Origin: an uncultured Dehalococcoidia bacterium
Lineage (GTDB): Bacteria; Chloroflexota; Dehalococcoidia; Lucifugimonadales; Australimonadaceae
DNA: 64,000 bases
Direction: 5' to 3'
Assembly (NCBI GenBank): GCA_937901475.1
Contig: CALGTL010000162.1
Location: 64,948-128,947, forward strand
Under the pieces are notes generated by a model. The model worked only from the letters and a program-made list of their open reading frames with translations. It did no database searches and was not told the origin of the DNA. The translations under genes were made by a program, and so were the position numbers. How positions within the stretch are numbered: the first letter of the stretch is position 1; each line of letters begins with the position of its first letter. Shown in pieces: positions 36,649-45,866 of the stretch.

Positions 36649-37113
36649 CTACGCTGACCCCGGCATCCGCTTGTCAGCATACGATTCAAACTCTACGACG
36701 CGCTTTTTCAACATTTCGAGTTCCGGGGCATTCAAGACCCCTGCTGCTAGCTGGAGGTAGGTCCGGATAGCGGGTGCAGCTAATGGGTCACGGGCTCGGA
36801 AAATCATCACAGGTTCGTCAGCTGGAATCGCAGTACCGTCAGCTTTGAGAATTACAACTTGGTATTTGGGGGCCACCTTGGAGTCCCAACCCGCATGATG
36901 AAGCGAATGCGCACCAATGCTCGCTAACTCAGCAAGGTCATGGTGCTCAGGGCAGAACGCCATTGGGCCACACTCTTCCCCCTCTCCATCAGTAGCGGTG
37001 ACAAATCGCCAACGTCGAGCCTCGGCCGGAGGAGTCGGTGGAAGCCCTTGCTTCGGCATGAACACCCCATCGCAACCCTTCGCTACGCAATTAGCCGATT
37101 CATTAACATCCAT
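36649..37113 (-). CDS. Hypothetical Cys/His-containing protein
   Basis: ATG 37113 with GGAGG 5 nt upstream. CVAKGCDG ... ECGPMAFCPEHH suggests a metal site. No family recognised. Confidence 0.5.
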   Translation of the reverse strand: MDVNESANCVAKGCDGVFMPKQGLPPTPPAEARRWRFVTATDGEGEECGPMAFCPEHHDLAELASIGAHSLHHAGWDSKVAPKYQVVILKADGTAIPADEPVMIFRARDPLAAPAIRTYLQLAAGVLNAPELEMLKKRVVEFESYADKRMPGSA

Positions 37114-37237
37114 ATTGACCTCCGCTTTTGTAAACGCACCATTCGTTCCAGCATAACAACAGCGCTTTATGAGTACACCTCCAGCCTCTGAGCAGGGGCC
37201 ATCCACTAGCTCATCTCACTCCACGTATAATCTCCTC

Positions 37238-38008
37238 ATGAATATCCATGTACGCCTATACGCTTCCTATCGTGAACAGGCTGGCGCCAGCCATGTTGAC
37301 ATCATCGTCGCCGATGGCGGCACCGTTGCAGAATTAATCACGCAGCTCGTGGCGGACATTCCTTCCTTGCTTTCATCGTTCAAGCCCCACCTCATCGCTG
37401 TCAACGATGAGTTCGCCAACCCCCAATACCCGCTCAACGATGGCGATGAAGTCGCCCTTTACCCTCCCGTCAGCGGCGGAGTCGATGTCCGGGTGGTCCA
37501 CGAAAAGGTCGACGCGAGAGAGATGGCCGACGCTGTACGTCGCGACTTCAACGGTGCAATTGTTACCTTTGAGGGAACGACGCGCAACGAAACCGGAGGC
37601 GAAAGCGTGCTCCACCTAGAGTACGAAACCGACGAGCGCATGGCCACCAAAGTACTCATACAAGTGCTCGAAGAAGCCGTCAGTCGATTTGGAGTTCCTA
37701 CCATGGCAGCACGCCATCGCGTAGGGCGATTAGAGATTGGTGATGTCAGCCTGATTGTTGCTGCAGGCGCAGCTCATCGGCTCGAGGCGTTCCTCGCCAC
37801 CCAATATGCGGTCGATCGCATCAAGCACATCGTCCCGGTTTGGAAGAAAGAATTCTTCGAAAACGGCTCCATTTGGGTAGGCGCCGCATGCGAACCCGAA
37901 CACCACGCTCGGGAACTCGCTGAAGCTCCCTACGCAGGATTCCTCGCTCAACGTGACCATAAGCACGTACCAGGGTTCCATAGTGCACACCAGCACTTGC
38001 AAGCATAG
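37238..38008 (+). CDS. Molybdopterin synthase MoaD-MoaE fusion protein
   Basis: N-terminal 81 aa form a ThiS/MoaD-like ubiquitin fold ending in the diagnostic PPVSGG (nt 37475-37480). The remainder (GAIVTFEGTTRN...HRVGRLEIGDVSLIVAAGAAHR...IKHIVPVWKKE) is MoaE. Confidence 0.8.
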   Translation: MNIHVRLYASYREQAGASHVDIIVADGGTVAELITQLVADIPSLLSSFKPHLIAVNDEFANPQYPLNDGDEVALYPPVSGGVDVRVVHEKVDAREMADAVRRDFNGAIVTFEGTTRNETGGESVLHLEYETDERMATKVLIQVLEEAVSRFGVPTMAARHRVGRLEIGDVSLIVAAGAAHRLEAFLATQYAVDRIKHIVPVWKKEFFENGSIWVGAACEPEHHARELAEAPYAGFLAQRDHKHVPGFHSAHQHLQA

Positions 38009-38016
38009 TCAAGCCA

Positions 38017-38370
38017 ATGCCTATCCTCACGAAACGCATCTACGACCTGGCTGAGCCATTGGACGGCTACCGCCTCCTAACCATGCGCTACTGGCCACGC
38101 GGCGTTCGCAAGGACAGAATCGACGCCTGGGAACGCAGCCTCGCCCCCACTCGCGAACTACTAGCCAACTACCGCGCCCGTACCATCAACTGGCCCGAAT
38201 ACGAGCGCCGTTATCTCCATGAGATGACTACTTACCCTGAGTCTATCGAGGCCCTCGCTGCTCTCATCCGGCGTTGCGCCCATGAAAACGTCACCGCCCT
38301 TTGCGGCTGTAAAGACGAAACTCACTGCCATCGCATACTGCTGCAAGGGCTCGTGGCAGCCTCTCTCTAG
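38017..38370 (+). CDS. DUF488 (YeaO-like) family protein
   Basis: KRIYDLAEPLDGYRLLTMRYWPRGVRKDRIDAWERSLAPTRELL parallels the E. coli YeaO N-terminus. 117 aa. Confidence 0.7.
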   Translation: MPILTKRIYDLAEPLDGYRLLTMRYWPRGVRKDRIDAWERSLAPTRELLANYRARTINWPEYERRYLHEMTTYPESIEALAALIRRCAHENVTALCGCKDETHCHRILLQGLVAASL

Positions 38371-38541
38371 TACCTCTGAGGCACCCTCTCAATACGCAAT
38401 GCTCTTTTCGAGGTGCAACTGTTCTTAATCACAACGCTGGATACCAGCCCGTCCTGGCCTAGGTACTTGAGCAGCTCTTCTCGTTAGAGTCTCTCTACCC
38501 ATGTCTTACTGACTTGCACTCCTGATATCCTGCCTACGTCT

Positions 38542-39873
38542 ATGTCAGCCCCCAATCCACCCAAACGACCTCGAATTTTCTACGGCTGGTACATCATTGG
38601 CCTGTCAGGTGCCTCAGCCATTTTCGCGGGTACGACTAGTCAGGCATTTTTCGGTGTCTTTCTAAAGCCGATCGAAGATGACACCGGCTGGACTCGTGCT
38701 TCCATCGCAGGGGCGGTCACCATTGCGACCTTTGTTGGTGGAGGGGTTGCCTTTTTCATCGGGCGCCTAGCTGACCGCTACGGCCCGCGTGTGCTGATGA
38801 CTATAGGAGTCGTTACCTATGCAGTCGGGTACACCAGCATGCTATTCGTCACGCAGATCTGGCAGCTTTACATCGCTTTCTTCCTCGCCCGCATGGCCTC
38901 TCTCCAGTTCTTGGCAGGCGTCGTCCCCCGCACTACCGCCGTCAACTGGTTCCGTCGCATGCGAGGCCGAGCGCTCGGCCTCCAGACCATGGCCATGCCT
39001 CTTGGAGGAGCGGTCCTCGCCTCCGTCGCAGGAGCTCTGATTGCCACAGGCATGCCCTGGCGCGCAGTCCTAGCTCTCTTTGGTTTGGTCGCGCTCGCAC
39101 TTCTAGCCATCCCCATGCCGCTCATTATGCGACGCCAACCGGAAGACATCGGACTACTACCAGACGGAGATATTGAGGTCCATAAAGGCAGCCTGTCCGA
39201 CGGCCATGCCAGGCACCAAGGTGCAGAGGTATCGTGGACTCTCGAGGAAACTCTTCGCACAAAAACTATGTGGTTGATTGTCTGGGGTTCGTTGCTCCAA
39301 ACCCTTGCCTCGGGTGGCATCGCCTTCCACATGTCGGCTCATTTCCAAGAAAGCGGCCTCAGCACACAAGTCGCAGCAGCAGGCGCATCCGCATTCCTAC
39401 TTGGCGGCGCCCTCTCCTCAACTCTATGGGGGTTCCTCACCGAACGCTACGATGAGCGTGTCCTCGTTGTCACTGCCAGCGCTGCTGCCATGATCCTCGC
39501 CTTCTATGGCAGCATCGTTGCCGACCCCATCAGCGTGCTCATCTTCTCCGTTCTCTTCGGTGCCACTACCAGAGGCGAGGGCGCGCTGGTCATGATGATG
39601 ATGGCCGCTTACTATGGGCGCCGCTCGTTCGGAGCCATCTCCGGATTCGCCAACACTTTCACCATGATGGGGTTAGGCATAGGACCTTTCCTCTACGCGC
39701 AGATCTACGACGTACAAGGGGAGTACGAAGTCATCTTCTACACGTCCGGCTGCATCATGGCGGTAGCGACACTCCTCATGTGGTTGGCTAGGCGCCCAAC
39801 TCACATGCCCGGGCTCAAACCGAGCTCAGAGTCGGAATCGGAACAGGAACAGGAACAAGCAACCTCAGCGTGA
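38542..39873 (+). CDS. MFS transporter
   Basis: 12 predicted TM segments, an MFS loop motif GRLADRYGPR, and a low-complexity SESESEQEQEQ tail. Confidence 0.8.
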   Translation: MSAPNPPKRPRIFYGWYIIGLSGASAIFAGTTSQAFFGVFLKPIEDDTGWTRASIAGAVTIATFVGGGVAFFIGRLADRYGPRVLMTIGVVTYAVGYTSMLFVTQIWQLYIAFFLARMASLQFLAGVVPRTTAVNWFRRMRGRALGLQTMAMPLGGAVLASVAGALIATGMPWRAVLALFGLVALALLAIPMPLIMRRQPEDIGLLPDGDIEVHKGSLSDGHARHQGAEVSWTLEETLRTKTMWLIVWGSLLQTLASGGIAFHMSAHFQESGLSTQVAAAGASAFLLGGALSSTLWGFLTERYDERVLVVTASAAAMILAFYGSIVADPISVLIFSVLFGATTRGEGALVMMMMAAYYGRRSFGAISGFANTFTMMGLGIGPFLYAQIYDVQGEYEVIFYTSGCIMAVATLLMWLARRPTHMPGLKPSSESESEQEQEQATSA

Positions 39874-39898
39874 ACTGAGTAAGAACAAGGAGTACACC

Positions 39899-40648
39899 AT
39901 GGCAACCGAGAGTGAAATCAATACGTTGAAACAGCAGGTCGCTGACAGTTCGCACATCCTTGACCACCAGGGGCTTGTGGACTTCCACGGACACATTAGC
40001 GCCCGCATCCCTGGTACTGAGCAGATTGTGATTAAACCCGTTCTGCGCGCCCACAATAAGGTCACTGCTGGCGACATCGTCATCGTAGACATGGATCAAT
40101 ACATCTCTGCTGATTCTGGAGGGTGGGATCCCGGGGCTCAACAAGGCCGAGTGATTAACGTCGCTGTGCCGCCTCGCGAAACCATGCTTCACATCGGTGC
40201 CTACAAAAACCGACCCGACGTCAATTCCGTTGTCCACACGCACCAACTCGTATCAACAGCCATCGGTGCGGCTAACGTAGCCATCAAACCCATATACAAC
40301 CAGGGAGTGCCTTTCGGGCCTGAAACACCGATCTTCCAAAAGCCTGACCTCATCACCAGCTGGGAACTTGGCTCAGAGGCAGCCGACTGCCTCGGCGATG
40401 CCAACGCCATGCTTCTACGCGGCCATGGCATCCTAGTAGTCGGCCCCAGTGTCGACCATGCGGTCTCCAACACTGTCTACCTGGAGCGCAATGCCATCAT
40501 GCAGGTCATTGCCACCATCATGAGTGGAGGCGACCCAGAGCCCCTCGATTCCGAATACGTGGCCCGGTTCGCCTCTGACTGGTCCAAACGTGCCTCGCAC
40601 GCCTACGAATACTTCCGCTCTCTTGTGCCAACGCTCAATGATCTCTAG
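39899..40648 (+). CDS. Class II aldolase/adducin-domain protein
   Basis: GHISARIPG, VVHTHQL, LLRGHGILVVG (metal-His motifs of the class II aldolase fold). AAGGAG SD. Confidence 0.8.
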   Translation: MATESEINTLKQQVADSSHILDHQGLVDFHGHISARIPGTEQIVIKPVLRAHNKVTAGDIVIVDMDQYISADSGGWDPGAQQGRVINVAVPPRETMLHIGAYKNRPDVNSVVHTHQLVSTAIGAANVAIKPIYNQGVPFGPETPIFQKPDLITSWELGSEAADCLGDANAMLLRGHGILVVGPSVDHAVSNTVYLERNAIMQVIATIMSGGDPEPLDSEYVARFASDWSKRASHAYEYFRSLVPTLNDL

Positions 40649-40878
40649 GTTCATCTCCGGCACTTTTGAACTCAATGGAAATTTAAGCGCAAGCCGAGAT
40701 TAACGTGCACTGGGCCTTAAACTCCGATGAGTACTACACCTTCTGAGAATTGGGCAACGAATACATCAGAGCTTGTGGTATGACTTGAAGGTCTAAGGCC
40801 TGAAATCAATGTTCGCCGGTTTTCAAGAACAATATAGTCACCGAGCAACAGGCTTTCACTTAACAGTAACGCCGTCTG

Positions 40879-41634
40879 TTACATGTCTGCCATTTCAGCG
40901 TAATGGCTCCAGATTCCCGAAGGCTTGCGAGGAGTCGGAGCGAGTTCTGGCTTTAAATGCTCGGCCTCGGGCAGCGTCCGCATGTTCGCGATGAACTCCT
41001 GCCGCTGCTCAGGCGTTATCACCGCATGGTCCCGACCCACTGCGCAGAACGCTAAATAATTCATCTTCGCTTGCTCTTCGAGATGCAGCATGTTCAGCAT
41101 CGCATCCTCCATATCTGCACCCACAGTCGCTGCACCATGCCCTTGCAGCATGATTGCGTCTGACTCTCCCATGAGTTCTGCGACCTCTGCTCCATCCTTC
41201 TCGTGAATGATCAAACGTGGGCTCAGGAACATCGGAATACCCTTTGCAAATAAAGGCATCCCCTCGATACACATCGGTCCCAACTGCTCCTGCAAAACGC
41301 TCATCAGCACCGTGTAACGAGGGTGAACATGAACCACTGAGTTAATCTCCGGTCGCTCGCGCAGAAGGCATGAATGCATCTTCACCTCGTTAGGCAGGTT
41401 CATCTCCGGCGGTCCGCTGACCTTGAATCCATCGGTGTTCACCACCACCATATGCTCGGCGTACGTCTGAGACAGCGCAGGCCCCAAGCCTTTGATGACG
41501 AACCTACCTGGTTCATCCGGCAGTCGATAACTCACATGCCCGCGCTCGATGGTCGATGCGTCCGCTAATTCCATCTCGAACAGCATTCGGTTCGCCAGGG
41601 CAACGTTCTCCATGATTTCATCCAGACCTGCCAT
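40879..41634 (-). CDS. Class II aldolase/adducin-domain protein (paralog)
   Basis: GHVSYRLP, VVHVHPRY, MLQGHGAATVG. ATG 41634 is preceded by AAGGAGAGG. Confidence 0.8.
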   Translation of the reverse strand: MAGLDEIMENVALANRMLFEMELADASTIERGHVSYRLPDEPGRFVIKGLGPALSQTYAEHMVVVNTDGFKVSGPPEMNLPNEVKMHSCLLRERPEINSVVHVHPRYTVLMSVLQEQLGPMCIEGMPLFAKGIPMFLSPRLIIHEKDGAEVAELMGESDAIMLQGHGAATVGADMEDAMLNMLHLEEQAKMNYLAFCAVGRDHAVITPEQRQEFIANMRTLPEAEHLKPELAPTPRKPSGIWSHYAEMADM

Positions 41635-41782
41635 CACACCTCTCCTTTGCAGCGCACAGCCTGCACCCACTTGCTAAGTGATTGTTCAACACTATTGACG
41701 CGACCAGCTCCACGCGCATTGCCCTGCTTTCCATGTCTGCTATAGACAGCACCCACAACATTCTGCGGTGACTCGGCCCCTT

Positions 41783-43198
41783 CTAAATTACAGGTCTCGC
41801 TCGATGCCACGCCGTCACTTGTTGGTAAGCGTGCGCAGCGCGGAGCGCAAGCGCATCCTTGAAAGCCGGCGCAGCGATCTGCATGCTCAGCGGCAAGCCA
41901 TTCGATGAGAACCCCGTCGGCATCGCAACTGCAGGCAAACGACTCACATTGAAAACACGAGTATCGCGCAGCAACGCCTCACGCACCGCCGTATCGACAC
42001 CCCCCACCAACACACGCTCCGCGTTATGAGGCGGCGCGGGCATCGCCACAGTCGGAGTCGCCATTAGGTCAATCGACCCGAACGCTGCATTCATACGCCG
42101 GCTGAACAGAACCCTAGCGCGGGCCGCCTGCATATAGGTTTCAGCCGAGACGAAGAAACCACTCTGCACTCGGCGCAGCACTGAAGAATCCAGGTCCTCG
42201 CCTCGGTTTCGCGCCAAATCGCCATAGACCGTCGCTGCCTCAACTGTCGTCATGGCCGCAGCAATAGCGGGGACCCAATCCAGCTCTGGAAGCGATATCT
42301 CTTCGACAATGGCCCCCAACTCTTCGAGGTCCGCCATAGCCTTCCAGAAGGCCGCCTCCATCTCTGGGTCGATGACATCCCATACGTACTCTTTCGGCAC
42401 GCCGATGCGCAGGCCGCGTATACCGCCGTCCAATCCTTTGGTGTAATCGACCTTCTCGCTGTAAATCGAGCCGGGGTCCTCGGGGTCGTAGCCCGCCAGC
42501 ACATTCAGAGCAATAGCCGCATCTTCAGCGCTCCTAGCCATCGGCCCGACTGTATCAAAGCTCCACGACAGCGGAGTGACCCCGAAACGGCTGGTGAGTC
42601 CAAACGTAGGTTTAATCCCTGTCAGCCCACACAGCGCCGAAGGTATGCGGATCGACCCACCCGTGTCCGTGCCCAGCGATATAGGGAATAAACCCGCCGC
42701 GGTGCCCGCTCCTGAGCCTGACGACGACCCACCAGGCATGCAATCTAGGCGCCAAGGGTTTTTAGGCATTCCGTAGTGCGCATTCCGCCCAGTAGGGTCA
42801 AACGCGAACTCCACTGTGCCCGTCTTGCCAATCGAATACGCACCTGCCTCGCGCAACCTCGCCACCGCCGTCGAATCACGATTCGGTACGAAATTCGCAT
42901 AGACCTTGGAACCCGAGGTCGTTCGCACTCCCTTGGTCCAGTAGATGTCTTTCACTCCTACCGGGATGCCATGCATCGGCCCCTTATAATCGCCTGCCGC
43001 AATCTCCGCCTCTGCCTGCTTCGCAGCAACCAGTGCCTGCTCCGTCGACCGTGTAACGAATACTCCGAGCTTGGGCTCGAGTGCATCAGCCCGAGCTACG
43101 AACGCCTGCGCAACTTCGACGGGCGATGCCTGCTTGGAGCGGATACGGTCTCCTAGCTCAGCCACCGTCAACGATGTAAGGTCTTGCGAACTTGTCAT
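41783..43198 (-). CDS. Amidase-signature family amidase (GatA/AtzE-like)
   Basis: GIPVGVKD (catalytic Lys), GGSSSGSGAGTAAG, GTDTGGSIRIPSALCG (Ser-cisSer). 471 aa. ATGA-coupled to an upstream 64-aa ORF. Confidence 0.88.
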   Translation of the reverse strand: MTSSQDLTSLTVAELGDRIRSKQASPVEVAQAFVARADALEPKLGVFVTRSTEQALVAAKQAEAEIAAGDYKGPMHGIPVGVKDIYWTKGVRTTSGSKVYANFVPNRDSTAVARLREAGAYSIGKTGTVEFAFDPTGRNAHYGMPKNPWRLDCMPGGSSSGSGAGTAAGLFPISLGTDTGGSIRIPSALCGLTGIKPTFGLTSRFGVTPLSWSFDTVGPMARSAEDAAIALNVLAGYDPEDPGSIYSEKVDYTKGLDGGIRGLRIGVPKEYVWDVIDPEMEAAFWKAMADLEELGAIVEEISLPELDWVPAIAAAMTTVEAATVYGDLARNRGEDLDSSVLRRVQSGFFVSAETYMQAARARVLFSRRMNAAFGSIDLMATPTVAMPAPPHNAERVLVGGVDTAVREALLRDTRVFNVSRLPAVAMPTGFSSNGLPLSMQIAAPAFKDALALRAAHAYQQVTAWHRARPVI

Positions 43199-43389
43199 GC
43201 AACACCTCCGTCGTGGCGCAAACTCGCATCCTCAGGCGCGACCTCTGAGACATCGATGTCGTCCAGGTGCGCCAGACGGCCCATCATCCCCTGCACCTCA
43301 TCGCGCAGTTGCTCCAAATGCGCCTGGTCACCCTTCGCTCCCACGCTCTCTGCCCAGGCCGCGAAAGCCTCGTTACTGATTTCTGGCAT
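43195..43389 (-). CDS. GatC-like small subunit (AtzG-like) coupled to the amidase
   Basis: 64 aa, acidic. AAGGGGAG SD before ATG 43389. HLEQLRDEVQGMMGRLAHLDDIDVSEVAP resembles the GatC helix-loop pattern. Stop overlaps the amidase ATG. Confidence 0.55.
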   Translation of the reverse strand: MPEISNEAFAAWAESVGAKGDQAHLEQLRDEVQGMMGRLAHLDDIDVSEVAPEDASLRHDGGVA

Positions 43390-43474
43390 ATCTACTCCCC
43401 TTACTAGAAACGGCCGGAGTATATGTCCGCGGCTGCTCCTGTTCAAAACTGAAGTGCGACAATAGTCCCATATC

Positions 43475-44140
43475 ATGGCACTGAAAGCTCTCATCTTTGA
43501 TTTCGACGGCCTCATGGTCGACACCGAGCAGTCTATCTTCGATGCGTACTGCAAGATATTTTCTGAGCACGGCGGCGAACTCGCGCTCCGCACGTGGGAA
43601 GACATCATCGGCAGTACCGGTCACCGCGACCGCATACTCCTAGATCTTGAGCACCAGATTGGGCGAAATGTCGATCGTGATAACTTACGCGAGCGGGCCC
43701 GCCAGGAACACCACGGCATCTCAAGCAAACTACCGGCCATCGACGGCCTAGCGACGCAGATCGCCAGCGCGCAGCGCCTGGGTCTCAGGCTTGGCGTTGC
43801 TTCCAGTTCCACCGCCGAGTGGGTCCACGGCCACCTCCGCCGCCTTGGTCTCATCCATCACTTCCAGACCCTATGCACCAGAGAGGACGTCACAGAGGTC
43901 AAGCCCAACCCGGAGATTTATGCCCTCGCGGCATCTCGATTAGGCGTAAATCCTCACGAAGCGGTCGCTCTTGAGGACTCCCCAAACGGCATCGCCTCTG
44001 CCAAAGCCGCGGGCCTCTTCTGCGTAGCGATACCCAACCCACTCACCGCGAGCATGAGCCTCGGTGCAGCTGACATGCAGGTCGCGACGCTCGCAGCACT
44101 CTCCTTGGATAACATCGCTGATCGACTTAGCAGCGTATAA
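43475..44140 (+). CDS. HAD-superfamily hydrolase (beta-phosphoglucomutase-like subfamily IA)
   Basis: Motif I LIFDFDGLMVDTE, motif II GVASSS, motif III/IV KPNPEIY ... EDSPNGIASAKAAG. Confidence 0.85.
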   Translation: MALKALIFDFDGLMVDTEQSIFDAYCKIFSEHGGELALRTWEDIIGSTGHRDRILLDLEHQIGRNVDRDNLRERARQEHHGISSKLPAIDGLATQIASAQRLGLRLGVASSSTAEWVHGHLRRLGLIHHFQTLCTREDVTEVKPNPEIYALAASRLGVNPHEAVALEDSPNGIASAKAAGLFCVAIPNPLTASMSLGAADMQVATLAALSLDNIADRLSSV

Positions 44141-44356
44141 AACGCAATCCCTCCTGAGCTCTCTGAAATAGCGGCTAAAAAGCGCAATAACTGATTGCAT
44201 GCCAATAGGGCACGCGGGGCAGCCATGGTGCAAACCGCTCAGGGCGGAAGTTCAACCAATGCCTTGATTACACCCAGTGAGGTCGCGATGCCTAAATCAT
44301 TACCGGAAAGGAGCATGCATGCTCCAATTTGGCCTCATCCAAGAGCAAAGCTAGGC

Positions 44357-44575
44357 CTAGAGGTTGTCTCTGTGTTTGAGGCGCTGATCGCGTCCGAGCC
44401 ACAGGTAAGCAATTGGGCCGACAGGCAAGACCAACAGCCCCAGTGCCCACAGCTTTTTCGAGCCACCTACAATTTCAACCCGCTCGCGTCTTACTAGATC
44501 AATGGTCGCTAATATCTGCAACAGACCACTCAAAACAATCAATGGCGCCAGCGCTAGAACTAATTGGCCATCCAT
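44357..44575 (-). CDS. PLD-nuclease N-terminal (PLDc_N) small membrane protein
   Basis: 72 aa, two TM segments. ILATIDLV...KKLWALGLLVLPVGPIAYLWLGR matches the PLDc_N pattern. Confidence 0.6.
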   Translation of the reverse strand: MDGQLVLALAPLIVLSGLLQILATIDLVRRERVEIVGGSKKLWALGLLVLPVGPIAYLWLGRDQRLKHRDNL

Positions 44576-44583
44576 ACCGAACC

Positions 44584-45864
44584 TTACTTAGGCCTGGGTT
44601 CTGCTGGGACGAAGAAGGCCAGCACTGCCTCAGCCAGGCTCACCGGTTGTCGTTCACCAGTCACATCAACTACCCATGCCTTGTCCGTAAGCGTACGTTC
44701 TCCATCTACGACCATCAGTCCTGTGATGGTAATTGCAGTGGAGTCCGCTGACCATATGTCCTGCGACAACCCAAACTGATCAAAGAATTGGATGTACGTC
44801 GTAAACTCCGGTGAAGGTATAAAACTGGCAAGGTTACTCACCTCGCCAGTCGCAACATCGACAACCACCAAAGTGAATGAATCAGAATTCGTGCCTACCA
44901 GTGCGATTTTTGTGCCGTCCGGGGACCACCAGAACCCAAACACTGTGTCGTCATACACAATCCGCTCTTTGCCTAAGGCCACATCAATCAATGTGAGTCC
45001 TCCATATACAGCGCTCCTCTCGGTGGAACGGATGGCAATTGCGAGGGTGTCGTGGCTGGCGGGTGAGAAGGCGAAGGCTGCCTCTGTGGGTACCAGTGTG
45101 AAATCACGCTCTTCCGCCGTGGCAATTTTCCTAGTGACAAGCCGTTCGCCGTCGCCAAGGTCAGCCACGTAGGCGAGTGTTTCACTATCTCCACTGATTG
45201 CGGGTACTCGATAACGTATCGACGGTCTCCCCGTGTCAAACAACTCACCTTCGCTGTCCCGGAACAACAACCGCTCCCGGTGATGAATCGCAATGAGTGT
45301 GGAATCAGGAGACCACGTGAAGTAAAGAGGAGCGCCAGTCGCCACACCAACGGTTCGCCGGTCCAAATCCGTAACCGAAAGCTGGAGCGCCGTGCCGCCA
45401 TCGTTAGGTGCGATCAGCGCCAGCAATTCACCGTCAGGAGACCAGAGAGGGAAATGGAACGTTCCCTCAGCTACCCGATCGACCAATCCATGCCTACTGA
45501 TTTGAAGAACCCTTTCTTCTCGTGATGGTGGCTCTATAAGCGATAGCGCGGCCACCTGGTTCTGATCTAGACCAGAGAAGCGAGAGACCACGAGCCGGCG
45601 ACCGTCAGGTGACCACACCGGCCAGGTAAAGTGAGTGTCTTCTTGCAACAGCGGCTGGGCCAACACTCCACCCGAAGAAGCGCCACTGGTGATGCGATCT
45701 CGGCCCTTACCGTCTGCCAGCATCGTCAAGACCGAATAATCCGGGGACACGTAGACGACTCGCTGGTCTTTCACCGGTACGGCGGCAAGCGGGGCCTCAT
45801 GACGAGGGAAGAGGAAAGCGCCTACAACGACCAGTACAACGAAACTGAGGGCGCTTGCCCGCAC
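44584..45864 (-). CDS. PD40/WD40-like beta-propeller protein with N-terminal membrane anchor (TolB-like paralog)
   Basis: N-terminal TM LSFVVLVVVGAFLF. Repeated WSPDG units (WPVWSPDGRRLV, PLWSPDGELLA, FTWSPDSTLIA, FWWSPDGTKIA, IWSADSTAI). Confidence 0.7.
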   Translation of the reverse strand: MRASALSFVVLVVVGAFLFPRHEAPLAAVPVKDQRVVYVSPDYSVLTMLADGKGRDRITSGASSGGVLAQPLLQEDTHFTWPVWSPDGRRLVVSRFSGLDQNQVAALSLIEPPSREERVLQISRHGLVDRVAEGTFHFPLWSPDGELLALIAPNDGGTALQLSVTDLDRRTVGVATGAPLYFTWSPDSTLIAIHHRERLLFRDSEGELFDTGRPSIRYRVPAISGDSETLAYVADLGDGERLVTRKIATAEERDFTLVPTEAAFAFSPASHDTLAIAIRSTERSAVYGGLTLIDVALGKERIVYDDTVFGFWWSPDGTKIALVGTNSDSFTLVVVDVATGEVSNLASFIPSPEFTTYIQFFDQFGLSQDIWSADSTAITITGLMVVDGERTLTDKAWVVDVTGERQPVSLAEAVLAFFVPAEPRPK

Positions 45865-45866
45865 GC

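Noticed and set aside
39815-39873. GAGTCGGAATCGGAACAGGAACAGGAACAAGCA short-period repeat, which looked like a microsatellite.
   Set aside because: It lies in frame at the 3' end of the MFS gene and encodes a SESESEQEQEQ acidic tail. This is coding low complexity rather than a non-coding repeat element.
41783-43389. Annotating either GatC-like/amidase pair (also 48778..50407) as the genuine gatC-gatA of the tRNA amidotransferase.
   Set aside because: - No gatB follows either pair.
- The small ORFs are shorter (64 and 66 aa) than typical GatC.
- There are two diverged copies, and the context is catabolic.
- The rejection is provisional, because a split gatCA/gatB arrangement cannot be excluded without the whole genome.
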